Shown: positions 47,083 through 56,088, counted from the first letter of the stretch. The stretch is DNA of 64,000 bases from an uncultured Candidatus Saccharibacteria bacterium (GCA_964437185.1 CAYTFU010000002.1:41296-105295); one strand, 5' to 3'. Notes: generated by a model not told the origin, from the sequence alone. Translations and numbers: made by a program.

Positions 47083-48609
47083 ATGTCTGATTTATTTGAA
47101 CTCATAGGGACCATGTACGTTGGGGCAGTCGATGTCGTATCTGCGCTTATACCGAGATCTTCGCGAAAATCCGCTGCCCACCCTCTGCGGCTTTACAACA
47201 CAATGAGTGGTGCCATTGAGCTATTTAAGCCACTTCGAAAGGATGCGGTCAAAATGTACAACTGCGGTCCGACTGTCTACGGCAGGCAGCATATCGGCAA
47301 CCTTTCGATGTTTATCTTTACGGATACGCTTCGCAAGGTACTTCTGTACAACCACTTCACCGTTAAGCAGGTCATTAATTTTACCGACTTCGGCCACCTA
47401 TCATCCGACAACGACGAGGGCGAGGACAAAATGACGAAAGGCTTAAAGCGCGAAGGAATGGCGCTTTCTATAGAGAACATGCGCGTGCTCGGAGAGAAGT
47501 ACGCGAATATCTTTCTCGAAGACCTTCGCCAGCTCAACGTTGACGTTGATCACGTTACCTTTCCGCGCGCGAGTGACTTTGTATCCGAGCAAATAGCGAT
47601 GATCCGAACCCTGGAAGAAAAGGGCTACACCTACCAGTCGCACGGGTGCGTGTATTTTGATACTTCCCTCTTACCGGACTATGGCAAGCTCGGCAATATC
47701 AATCTGGAGGGATTAATATCGGGCGCTCGCGTCAAAGATAGCCACAAAAAACACCCCACGGATTTTTTGCTCTGGAAAGCGAGTAGGCGCGTGGGATGGA
47801 TGAGCCCGTGGGGCAAAGGATTTCCCGGGTGGCACATTGAGTGCTCTGCGATGATTAGAGCGACGCTCGGCACTCAAATCGATATTCATACGGGGGGAAT
47901 CGAGCACATACCCATCCATCACAACAACGAAATAGCGCAATCTGAATCTGCGACCGGCAAAAAACCCTTTGCTCAGTATTGGCTGCACCGCGCGCATATT
48001 CAACTCGAGGGTTCAAAAATTGCGAAATCTGGCGGCAACGTTATTTACCTCAGCGATGTTATCGAGCGCGGTTTTCACCCACTTGCACTTCGCTACCTTT
48101 TTTTGACCGCTCATTACCGCACTCCCTCAAACTTTACTTGGGAAGCACTCGGGGCCGCTCAAACCGCGTTCGCGAAGCTCGTCGGCTTCCGATTGTCACT
48201 CGCAGACGCTGAAAAAGACGCTGTATCAACCCATTGGAGATCGGCATTTGTGAGTCGACTTAACGACGATCTCGAAACTCCGGCAGCCATCGCGGTGGTA
48301 TGGGAAATGGTTTCGGATAAGTTGCTTAGTAGTGCACAAAAACTTGCTACGCTCCTTGACTTTGATTCTGTACTTGGGCTTAACCTCGCGGAACCCGATG
48401 AGCACGCTCTCCGGCTCGCGCGTGAACACACGAGAGAAGAGGTAGTGGCCGGCGATCTACCCGACGCTATCGCCCACCTCGTCAGAGAGCGCGAAGAGGC
48501 GCGAGATGCGAAAGATTGGTCCAGGGCAGATGAACTGCGGATCCGAATTCAGTCCGAAGGATACGCGCTCGAAGACAAAGATGGCGCTACAAAAATACTC
48601 AAAATCTAG
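47083..48609 (+). CDS. cysS: cysteinyl-tRNA synthetase (with ~30 aa N-terminal extension or uncertain start)
   Basis: CGPTVYGRQHIGN (HIGH), GWHIECSAM and KIAKSGGN (KMSKS variant) motifs. Confidence 0.9.
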   Translation: MSDLFELIGTMYVGAVDVVSALIPRSSRKSAAHPLRLYNTMSGAIELFKPLRKDAVKMYNCGPTVYGRQHIGNLSMFIFTDTLRKVLLYNHFTVKQVINFTDFGHLSSDNDEGEDKMTKGLKREGMALSIENMRVLGEKYANIFLEDLRQLNVDVDHVTFPRASDFVSEQIAMIRTLEEKGYTYQSHGCVYFDTSLLPDYGKLGNINLEGLISGARVKDSHKKHPTDFLLWKASRRVGWMSPWGKGFPGWHIECSAMIRATLGTQIDIHTGGIEHIPIHHNNEIAQSESATGKKPFAQYWLHRAHIQLEGSKIAKSGGNVIYLSDVIERGFHPLALRYLFLTAHYRTPSNFTWEALGAAQTAFAKLVGFRLSLADAEKDAVSTHWRSAFVSRLNDDLETPAAIAVVWEMVSDKLLSSAQKLATLLDFDSVLGLNLAEPDEHALRLAREHTREEVVAGDLPDAIAHLVREREEARDAKDWSRADELRIRIQSEGYALEDKDGATKILKI

Positions 48610-48614
48610 CCTTC

Positions 48615-51600
48615 TTATTCCTTCACAACGAAATTGACCAAGCGGCCTGGCACGAGGATAGTACGTACAATTTCTCTTCCAGCAACGCGCTCGCTCACTG
48701 CCTTCCTCGCTTCCCCTTCTATTGCTGTCTTATCCGCATCAGACGCAACATCGATCTGCGCGCGTGTTTTGCCGTTGACTTGCACTGCAATTGTCATCGT
48801 CTCAGATTTAAGATATTCCGCTTTGTAAACGGGCCACGTTTGTAAGTGGACGGACGACTTGTGGCGCTCCGACCAGAGTTCTTCCGCCATGTGAGGGGCA
48901 AACGGCGCCAGGATTTTCAAGAACGTGTCCCACTGTACTGCGCCAATTTTACCCTCTGACTCAATGGCATTGAGTAGTATCATGAGCTGACTAATGGCGG
49001 TGTTAAATTTTAGCGCCGCGATGTCCTCCCCTACTTTCTTTATCGCTTTGTGCAGAACATTCTGGAGCGCATCAACCTCCCCTTTCGCAACCATAAACTG
49101 GATTTTCCACGCACGCTCCAAAAATCGCCTCACCCCCACCACCCCATCGGGATTCCATGGATAGCTCGACACTTCGTTGTATGGCCCGATAAACGCGAGA
49201 TACATGCGCACCGTATCCGATCCGAGCTGCGCGACTACGGCATCTGGATCGATCACATTCCCGCGTGATTTACTCATCTTTTGACCGTCGGGGCCCATGA
49301 TGAGGGATCGGTTCATGCGACGCGTATACGGCTCTTTGTCTTTCACCAAGCCGAGATCGTACATGGCCTTCTGCCAAAAACGGCTATACAGCACGTGCAT
49401 AGTCGTATGTTCAGCGCCTCCCGAATACAAATCTATCGGCATCCACTTCGCAAGTTTTTTCGGATCTGCAAATTTCGATCTGTTTTTTGGATCACAGTAG
49501 CGCAAAAAATACCACGAAGAGTCTATGAATGTATCGAACGTATCAGTCTCTCGCTCCGCCGGCTTTTTACATTGCGGGCACTTTACCTTCACCCACTTCG
49601 TAGCCTTCGCAAGCGGCGACTTGCCACTCCCCTCCGGTAGATAGTCTTTGACCTCCGGCAACTTCACAGGCAAATCTTTATTCGGCACCGCGACAGGCCC
49701 GCACACGGCGCAGTGAATAATCGGTATGGGCACTCCCCAATATCTCTGACGCGACACGATCCAGTCACGAAGTTTGTAAGTCGTCTTTACTCGTCCATAC
49801 TTTGCCGTAATTCTTCCGATTGCTTCGCGATTCATGAGGCCAGTAAACTCTCCGGAGTCAACAAGTATTCCCTCCTCTGTATATGGCTGGTATCCGGTCA
49901 CGCGCTTCCAAGCAATCATCACATCGGGACGATTGATAAACCGAGAAAATTCTTCGGGCCCGTACCAACCCACATCATGACGTGACTTTTCGTGCTCGGA
50001 AACAATATCTTGCTCGCCGTTTTCTAGACTGTACAAAAGCGGCGTAAAATCTACGAGACGATTTACCTTTTTCTCTACGCTGTAATATTTTCCCCATATA
50101 TGACCGCCGAGAGATCGCACAAGCTTTGCGCTCCGATATCCAGTCTCCTCGCGAATTTCGCGTATGCCAGCCTCCACGGCATCTTCTCCTTCTTCAATAC
50201 CACCCGAGACGCACTCATTGACCTTCGTCGGTTTGAAGTGCACTCCGAGGTATTTGTCCTCCGACCAGTGCTTTACAATCGCAAACACAGATTTTCGGCG
50301 CTCAAGCGGTTCTCCTTCGCGTACCGCATCAAGCCCGCCCTTGAAAAGCGAGAGTGGTTCAACCACCTCCTTAATTGGTAGTTTAAACTTAGTAGCAAAC
50401 TCATGGTCGCGCTCGTCGTGCGCAGGGACTGCCATAATCGCGCCTGTACCGTAGTGGGCAAGCACATAATCTGCTATCCAAACGGGGATCTTCTCTCCTG
50501 TCGCCGGATTGATGGCTCTCACACCCTTCAACTCCACTCCCGTTTTCTCTTTCTGGTCTGCCATCCTCTCCAGCTCCGTCTTTCGCTTTGATGCCTCAAC
50601 GTATGTTTTTATTTCGTCAGCGTTTGCGCACAGACCACTCCGTATAAAATCCGAGACCCAACGGTGCTCAGGAGCCAATACCAGGTACGTCGCGCCGAAA
50701 AGCGTGTCCGCGCGCGTGGTAAAGACTCGCATAGTAGGCCTGAGCCACATAAGCACGTCTGGCTCAGTGTCACCTGTAAAGTGCGTCGCATTCGATACAC
50801 CTAGCTCAACGCGCGTACCGAGCAAATCCGCAAGGGCTTGCGCCTGTTGATCTGAGATGGCGTGATCGCGTGGATCGTGCAAAACCGTAAATGAACCAAC
50901 GTTTCGCTTAATAGCTTCAGAATCAAATTTCCACGACCACGTTTTTTCAAACAGTCTCTTTTTGTCTTTAAACTTCGTATCCACAAAGCCCCCGATGGTT
51001 ACCAGCCGCGCAACGGGCTTCGTAAGTTGCTCCGCCACTTTGAGCGCGAGCACGGCCCCGAGACTGTGGCCAACGATCACAGTGCGTTCATCGTACGTCG
51101 TCGCGCTTATTGCGTACTCGACCTGCTCGCGCTCCGTGGGATTATCAGTGTTGGGAAGGCGCGGAATAACTACTTCGTGACCCATTTTTTCCAGCTCCGC
51201 CTTCACCCACTTCCACCGCGGCGCATCAGGAGTTCCGCCAAATCCGTGAAAAATCACAAACTTGTACTTCTGACCAAGATCGAGGACAAAATCTATCTCG
51301 GCTCCTTCACTTCGACCAATCCAATTTCTCTGAGATTCTTTGATCTGCTCCGGCCAGTCCAGTCCATCGAGGTCGTCGATCAGTCGGTCTGCATAATCAG
51401 TAATCTTTATATTCCACTGCAACATTTTCCTCTGCACGACTTCGCTGTCGCATCGCTCACATCTTCCAGAAACCACTTGTTCATTTGCGAGTACCGTCTT
51501 GTCCTTCGGGCACCAGTTTACCGCGGTCTCTTTACGATATGCGAGCCCCTTTTTGAAAAATTCGAGAAAAAGCCATTGCGTCCATTTGTAGTACGCCGGA

Positions 51601-51986
51601 TCACACGTAATCACTTCTCTCGACCAATCAAAGGATGTGCCCATGGAGCGGATCTGCTTCTTCATGAACTCGATATTCCTGTACGTCCATGTACGCGGAT
51701 TTATGTTGTTCTTTATGGCAGCGTTTTCGGCGGGCAAACCAAACGCATCGAAGCCGATCGGATAAAGCACATTTTTCCCCTGCATCCGCTCCGCGCGCGC
51801 AAAAATATCTGGTACAGCAAATGCGTACCAGTGACCGACGTGCAGATTTCCCGAGGGGTATGGAAACTCGACGAGTAGGTAGGAATTTTTCTTCCCTTTT
51901 ACTGAATCTCGGGTCCTGTAAAGTTTCGATTTATCCCATCGCGCTTGCCACTTTCGTTCAATTGCCCGATGATCATATTTTTTCAT
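48615..51986 (-). CDS. leuS: leucyl-tRNA synthetase carrying two inserted hydrolase domains (Ser-hydrolase and Nudix)
   Basis: PYPSGNLHVGH, Zn finger CERCD, editing TTRADT and GTGAIMAVPAHDERD, KMSKS and the C-terminal tRNA-binding domain are all present. 1123 aa because of inserts at about aa 236-416 and 545-700. Confidence 0.93.
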   Translation of the reverse strand: MKKYDHRAIERKWQARWDKSKLYRTRDSVKGKKNSYLLVEFPYPSGNLHVGHWYAFAVPDIFARAERMQGKNVLYPIGFDAFGLPAENAAIKNNINPRTWTYRNIEFMKKQIRSMGTSFDWSREVITCDPAYYKWTQWLFLEFFKKGLAYRKETAVNWCPKDKTVLANEQVVSGRCERCDSEVVQRKMLQWNIKITDYADRLIDDLDGLDWPEQIKESQRNWIGRSEGAEIDFVLDLGQKYKFVIFHGFGGTPDAPRWKWVKAELEKMGHEVVIPRLPNTDNPTEREQVEYAISATTYDERTVIVGHSLGAVLALKVAEQLTKPVARLVTIGGFVDTKFKDKKRLFEKTWSWKFDSEAIKRNVGSFTVLHDPRDHAISDQQAQALADLLGTRVELGVSNATHFTGDTEPDVLMWLRPTMRVFTTRADTLFGATYLVLAPEHRWVSDFIRSGLCANADEIKTYVEASKRKTELERMADQKEKTGVELKGVRAINPATGEKIPVWIADYVLAHYGTGAIMAVPAHDERDHEFATKFKLPIKEVVEPLSLFKGGLDAVREGEPLERRKSVFAIVKHWSEDKYLGVHFKPTKVNECVSGGIEEGEDAVEAGIREIREETGYRSAKLVRSLGGHIWGKYYSVEKKVNRLVDFTPLLYSLENGEQDIVSEHEKSRHDVGWYGPEEFSRFINRPDVMIAWKRVTGYQPYTEEGILVDSGEFTGLMNREAIGRITAKYGRVKTTYKLRDWIVSRQRYWGVPIPIIHCAVCGPVAVPNKDLPVKLPEVKDYLPEGSGKSPLAKATKWVKVKCPQCKKPAERETDTFDTFIDSSWYFLRYCDPKNRSKFADPKKLAKWMPIDLYSGGAEHTTMHVLYSRFWQKAMYDLGLVKDKEPYTRRMNRSLIMGPDGQKMSKSRGNVIDPDAVVAQLGSDTVRMYLAFIGPYNEVSSYPWNPDGVVGVRRFLERAWKIQFMVAKGEVDALQNVLHKAIKKVGEDIAALKFNTAISQLMILLNAIESEGKIGAVQWDTFLKILAPFAPHMAEELWSERHKSSVHLQTWPVYKAEYLKSETMTIAVQVNGKTRAQIDVASDADKTAIEGEARKAVSERVAGREIVRTILVPGRLVNFVVKE

Positions 51987-52096
51987 ACGATTTCTGCTTG
52001 CCCGTCCGAAGCTTTCCTGACCTTCGTAGCTTTAGCGAAGTAGGTAGCGAAGGAGGGCCACTTTTTCTCAATTTTGGTATGGTCGTACTTCTTCAT
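51983..52096 (-). pseudogene. 37-codon upstream ORF starting with a diverged copy of the LeuRS N-terminus
   Basis: MKKYDHTKIEKKW... versus LeuRS MKKYDHRAIERKW... The DNA differs mainly at synonymous sites, and its TGA overlaps the leuS ATG (ATGA). Confidence 0.5.
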
Positions 52097-52166
52097 TGGA
52101 TGAGCGTATCATATCCCTCCGCAAAGGAAAAACCTCTGCACCAACGGTCCTCTCGCCTCTGCAGCC

Positions 52167-53132
52167 TTACAAATTCTTCATTTTAGAGTACGGAGGGTAC
52201 CGCTCCGGGTCTATGGTACGTTCAAAACATACTCGGCCTGCGGCATGATGCCATACGTCGTTTTCAAGGCTCGCTGCCTTCCCCTCAATCATCGGTGCTG
52301 AGACTGGGCGCGCTCCCATGTAACTATTCAACTGACCCTCGGCATTGAACACTGCGCAGAGCTCGAAGATCATGCTACCTTTTGCCGAGTACTCATAACT
52401 TTCTCCCGTCTGCGGGTCGCGCGGTACAATTGTGCCGCTGATAGGATCGTGCAGGTCGCTAAGTAACGAGGGCATTCTTTCTTTACTCTGCCAGTAATTT
52501 ACGATCATGGATTGTATCGAGACAAGATCATTCAACTTCTGATCATCAAGACGCTGCAAGCGAGCCTGAGCCGGAGATCCTACAATAAAGAAACCAGCGA
52601 TAACAGTGCAGAAAACCAGAAGCAACGTAGCGACACTGACATAGCGATTGCGCTCAGGGTACTCACTCCAGTAGTTCCAAATATCTGCCAAGAAGTGCAT
52701 GAGGCCAACCGCGGCCACGAGCAGCACAACGAGCGCCTTAAGAATAAACCGAGTCGTTATCTCTTCTCCATTCAGAAATGTATAAAGAACAAAAATCAAA
52801 TCACCGACAATCGCGGCGCCGGCTACGAATACGGTCAGGTAGAGCGCCCACCTACGAACCCATATCTCCTTACGTGACTGATCCTTTCTCATATCGCGGC
52901 GTATGAGGTACATCAGCGCCAAAAAGGCTGGAGTGAGGACAATAAGTGCAGCCATCTCCCAGCTTATCCCGCTCTGGTACGGGTCCGAGGGATAGTAATC
53001 CAGAGGATCCGGCATTGCATAATCCACGTAGTTCCACACGAGCGCGATGTAATTAAAAACCGCCACGTAGAGCGCTATAACAGCCCCGGCCCACAGGAAG
53101 AAATCCTTTGGTGTTACTTTTGAGGTATTCAT
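52167..53132 (-). CDS. DUF5671-like polytopic membrane protein
   Basis: N-terminal PKDFFLWAGAVIALYVAVFNYIALVWNYVDY, about 6 TM helices and a C-terminal soluble domain. The pattern is common in CPR genomes. Confidence 0.6.
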   Translation of the reverse strand: MNTSKVTPKDFFLWAGAVIALYVAVFNYIALVWNYVDYAMPDPLDYYPSDPYQSGISWEMAALIVLTPAFLALMYLIRRDMRKDQSRKEIWVRRWALYLTVFVAGAAIVGDLIFVLYTFLNGEEITTRFILKALVVLLVAAVGLMHFLADIWNYWSEYPERNRYVSVATLLLVFCTVIAGFFIVGSPAQARLQRLDDQKLNDLVSIQSMIVNYWQSKERMPSLLSDLHDPISGTIVPRDPQTGESYEYSAKGSMIFELCAVFNAEGQLNSYMGARPVSAPMIEGKAASLENDVWHHAAGRVCFERTIDPERYPPYSKMKNL

Positions 53133-53138
53133 GTTCGT

Positions 53139-53426
53139 TTATTTAATTGTTAAACGTGCCTCTATGCGAGATATCCGCTTATCGTGTTGAAAAACTGCTT
53201 CTGCATCCTTATCGACAGCCTTCGAAATAATCTTTACTTCACGAACAATCTCGTCAATCTTTTTTAACTGACCATTAGTACTAAAAGCCCTTTCAATCAT
53301 CCTCTCAACATCATTTTTTGTTGGCAACTCTGCCACCTGCTCTCCCAGAGAAACAACCGCCTTCAATACCGACCCTAGCGATGCCTTCGGCTTTACCATA
53401 AAGGAATGGTATATCGCCCGAAACAA
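53139..53426 (-). CDS. small coiled-coil protein, distant family member B
   Basis: 95 aa (or 86 aa from the internal Met). Heptad-rich, and ...AVDKDAEAVFQHDKRISRIEARL resembles the A/C core. Confidence 0.5.
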   Translation of the reverse strand: MFRAIYHSFMVKPKASLGSVLKAVVSLGEQVAELPTKNDVERMIERAFSTNGQLKKIDEIVREVKIISKAVDKDAEAVFQHDKRISRIEARLTIK

Positions 53427-53471
53427 AAGTCAAAGTGCAGACTGCGCGTGCAGGCATGAGCACTACAGACA

Positions 53472-54572
53472 CTAACTATGCAAGAACTCCATCACGTCGC
53501 CGTCCTGTACGATGTATTCTTTACCCTCGGTACGCAAGACTCCCTTATCCCGCGCCTTTGACCACGATCCGGCTCCGAGCAAAACGTCCCATTGCACCAC
53601 CTCGGCGCGGATAAACCTGTCTCGAAAATCGCTGTGTATCGCTGCGCCAGCCTCTGGCGCGGTCGAGCCTCGATGTATCGTCCAGGCGCGCGTCTCTTTC
53701 TCTCCTGTCGTAAAGAATGAGATAAGATCGAGAAGTGCGTACCCTCCCTTGATGAGCGCATCAAGTCCATCGTCGGCCACTCCGAGCTCGCGACGAAAAT
53801 CCCCCTTTTCGTCTTCATGCACATCCGAGAGATCATTTTCAACACCCGCGTCCACGACAACGTATCCCGCGCCCTCGCCATCAAGAAATTCTTTCAGCTC
53901 ACGCCAACGAGGTCCGCCTTCCGCATCCACATTGACCGTTCCACTTTTTCTGTTGAGCACGTACAAAATCGGTTTCATAGTGAGTAACTGAAAACTCTTA
54001 GCGACCTCTCCCTCACGCTCATCAAGCAATACCGTTCGCGCAGCCTTACCCGCCTTAAGTGAAGGCACAATTTTTCGGAGCACGTCGCGCTCGGTAATTA
54101 ATTCTTTATCTCCCCCCTTGGAATCGCGCTCCAGACGATCGAGCCGCTTTTCGGCGCTCTGGAGGTCGGCGAGCACGAGCTCCATGTTGATGATTTCGAT
54201 ATCGTGCCGTGGATCTACTTCACCTGCGACATGATGCACGTCTTCGTCATCGAACATCCGCACCACCTGCGCAATTGCATCAACCTCTCGAATGTGTGTG
54301 AGAAATTGATTACCGAGTCCCTCCCCCTCCGAAGCCCCCTTTACGAGCCCCGCAATATCCACGAACTCAACTATAGCGGGGACAATTTTCTGAGTGTTAG
54401 ACATCTTTGAGAGAGCCTGCAATCGATGATCCGGCACAGCAACAACACCCACCGAAGGATCAATGGTGCAAAAAGGGTAATTCTCGGCAGGTACGCCCTT
54501 GCGCGTGAGCGCATTAAAAAGGGTCGATTTGCCAACGTTTGGCAATCCCACAATTCCAATTGAAAGCCCCAT
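53472..54572 (-). CDS. ychF: ribosome-binding ATPase YchF
   Basis: GIVGLPNVGKSTLFNALT, DIAGLVKGAS and a C-terminal TGS-like domain. Confidence 0.95.
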   Translation of the reverse strand: MGLSIGIVGLPNVGKSTLFNALTRKGVPAENYPFCTIDPSVGVVAVPDHRLQALSKMSNTQKIVPAIVEFVDIAGLVKGASEGEGLGNQFLTHIREVDAIAQVVRMFDDEDVHHVAGEVDPRHDIEIINMELVLADLQSAEKRLDRLERDSKGGDKELITERDVLRKIVPSLKAGKAARTVLLDEREGEVAKSFQLLTMKPILYVLNRKSGTVNVDAEGGPRWRELKEFLDGEGAGYVVVDAGVENDLSDVHEDEKGDFRRELGVADDGLDALIKGGYALLDLISFFTTGEKETRAWTIHRGSTAPEAGAAIHSDFRDRFIRAEVVQWDVLLGAGSWSKARDKGVLRTEGKEYIVQDGDVMEFLHS

Positions 54573-54617
54573 AATCGGCTCATCCTAACAGTTTTCCGGG
54601 ATTTTTCTATGTCGGCG

Positions 54618-55211
54618 CTATCGGCCGAGACGACCGAGCTCCTGGACTTCAGCGAGCCAACGAGCCTTCCGAGAAGCTGGAATATTTTCTGAAGGGCCAA
54701 ACCAGGTAGATCGGACGGAAAATCCCGCAAACCAAAGAATCCCCCACCGTAGCTGCGCGTTTACATTGCCCGGCAGAAAACGAACAAGCCAGGGGGGCGT
54801 ACCACTCGTGAGAATAGTCCGAGCCGTCTTGCCTCTGAAAAGACGATGCCAAAAAATTGTTCGTCGACCCGCCGGCGTTTTGATGTATCGAAATGCCGAT
54901 CCGGGAAGCCACGCGCGGTCAAACAATCCCTTCAAGAGTGCAGGCATCCCCACCCACCAGACAGGGTAAATGATTACAAAGTGATCCGCCTCGACAAGAA
55001 GACGTTGAAATTTTTGCAGATCAGGTTCGAGCGCTTGCATCGCACGGTAACCCTTGTGCAGTACGGGATCAAACTGCATATCGCCGAGGTTGAGTCGATT
55101 TACCGTGTGGCCCGATTTTAGAGCGGCCGCACAATACTCATTCGCAATTTCTCCGCAAAATCCAGACGAATCCGAGTGCCCGAGAAGCACGAATATTTTC
55201 TTATGATTCAT
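54618..55211 (-). CDS. flavodoxin-like fold NAD(P)H oxidoreductase (Flavodoxin_2 / KefG-like)
   Basis: KIFVLLGHSDSSGFCGEIA N-terminus and YPVWWVGMPALLKG motif. Confidence 0.7.
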   Translation of the reverse strand: MNHKKIFVLLGHSDSSGFCGEIANEYCAAALKSGHTVNRLNLGDMQFDPVLHKGYRAMQALEPDLQKFQRLLVEADHFVIIYPVWWVGMPALLKGLFDRAWLPGSAFRYIKTPAGRRTIFWHRLFRGKTARTILTSGTPPWLVRFLPGNVNAQLRWGILWFAGFSVRSTWFGPSENIPASRKARWLAEVQELGRLGR

Positions 55212-55214
55212 GGG

Positions 55215-55742
55215 TCAGAGTGTATCACGCCGCACCATGGTCTCTCGCTCTAACTTTTCCGCACGCTCTTTCTCTGCTTCTGTTTCAAATTCATCCACAA
55301 CATCATGCTTTCCGATCTGGCCGAGCCGGAACGCTCGCACTGTTTTTAAGCTGAAATAAAAGGAAGACAAAAATATTATTGCAATGGTGAGTCGGAGGAT
55401 AAAGGATATTGGGCTAGATGTATCGTACTGCAAAATGCCCCACGTGCCGTACACGAGGACTCCCACTCCAGAAGCAATAGTACTTCCCATAGAAACAGCC
55501 GGATCCTTTGGACTGGTTAACGCTGCAAGAGCGACAATAACCAACGCGCCCACCACCATGAAAGGAAACTCGACGCGCAAGTTACTTCCGTAGAGAGGCG
55601 CGCCGATAAGCATAAGCGTCGCGGCCCCGATCAAAAGTTGCCGAGCGTATGAACCGTAGTAGTGAGGAATATGCTCAAAGTGCCCAAGGCCTGGCATGTT
55701 CCATATCGAATCAACACGGCCGCCGTCTCCACCTTCTGACAT
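55215..55742 (-). CDS. hypothetical membrane protein (4 TM)
   Basis: Start moved to the internal ATG (MSEGGDGG) to avoid overlapping the upstream gene; hydrophobic helices. Confidence 0.5.
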   Translation of the reverse strand: MSEGGDGGRVDSIWNMPGLGHFEHIPHYYGSYARQLLIGAATLMLIGAPLYGSNLRVEFPFMVVGALVIVALAALTSPKDPAVSMGSTIASGVGVLVYGTWGILQYDTSSPISFILRLTIAIIFLSSFYFSLKTVRAFRLGQIGKHDVVDEFETEAEKERAEKLERETMVRRDTL

Positions 55743-55759
55743 GTCACAATGATGACACG

Positions 55760-56053
55760 CTATTGTTTTCCCGCAAGTGCGAGTATTGCCTTTGTATCGT
55801 CTTCGCCTTTCACCGCATTGCGGTGGGTGTATCCACAGCTCTCGCATAGGTGGATAATCCGATATTGATTCGTTGAGCCCTCTATTCTCAAAGGCTTCAT
55901 CATTCCCCCACAGGTAGCCGCTCTGTCGCCAGGATGAACGTCTACGTGCTTACTCCAAAGGCATCGTGGGCAATGATTTGTGTATCCGCTCCCCTTCACT
56001 TGCGCGCCACAATGTTCGCACGCAAAATTCTCGACCGTTTTCGTAAAACTCAT
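55760..56053 (-). CDS. RNHCP domain zinc-ribbon protein
   Basis: CEHCG...TNHCPRCLWSKHVD...CGGMM...CESCG. Confidence 0.7.
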   Translation of the reverse strand: MSFTKTVENFACEHCGAQVKGSGYTNHCPRCLWSKHVDVHPGDRAATCGGMMKPLRIEGSTNQYRIIHLCESCGYTHRNAVKGEDDTKAILALAGKQ

Positions 56054-56088
56054 TGGTAGAAAGTACCCCGATATCGGGCGGCCCGCAA

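Noticed and set aside
51027-51878. 283-aa ORF on the plus strand inside leuS
   Set aside because: It is a shadow ORF antisense to a well-supported LeuRS coding region with low-complexity R/L/F composition. The same applies to 60760-61506 (antisense to atpG), 62515-63255 (antisense to atpA), 20824-21423 (antisense to dnaK) and 59800-60447 (antisense to atpD).
48615-51986. Inteins as the explanation for the two LeuRS insertions
   Set aside because: The insert boundaries lack Cys/Ser/Thr at the N-junction and His-Asn plus a nucleophile at the C-junction, and there are no Hint or homing-endonuclease blocks. The inserts have hydrolase (GHSLG) and Nudix-box signatures instead.
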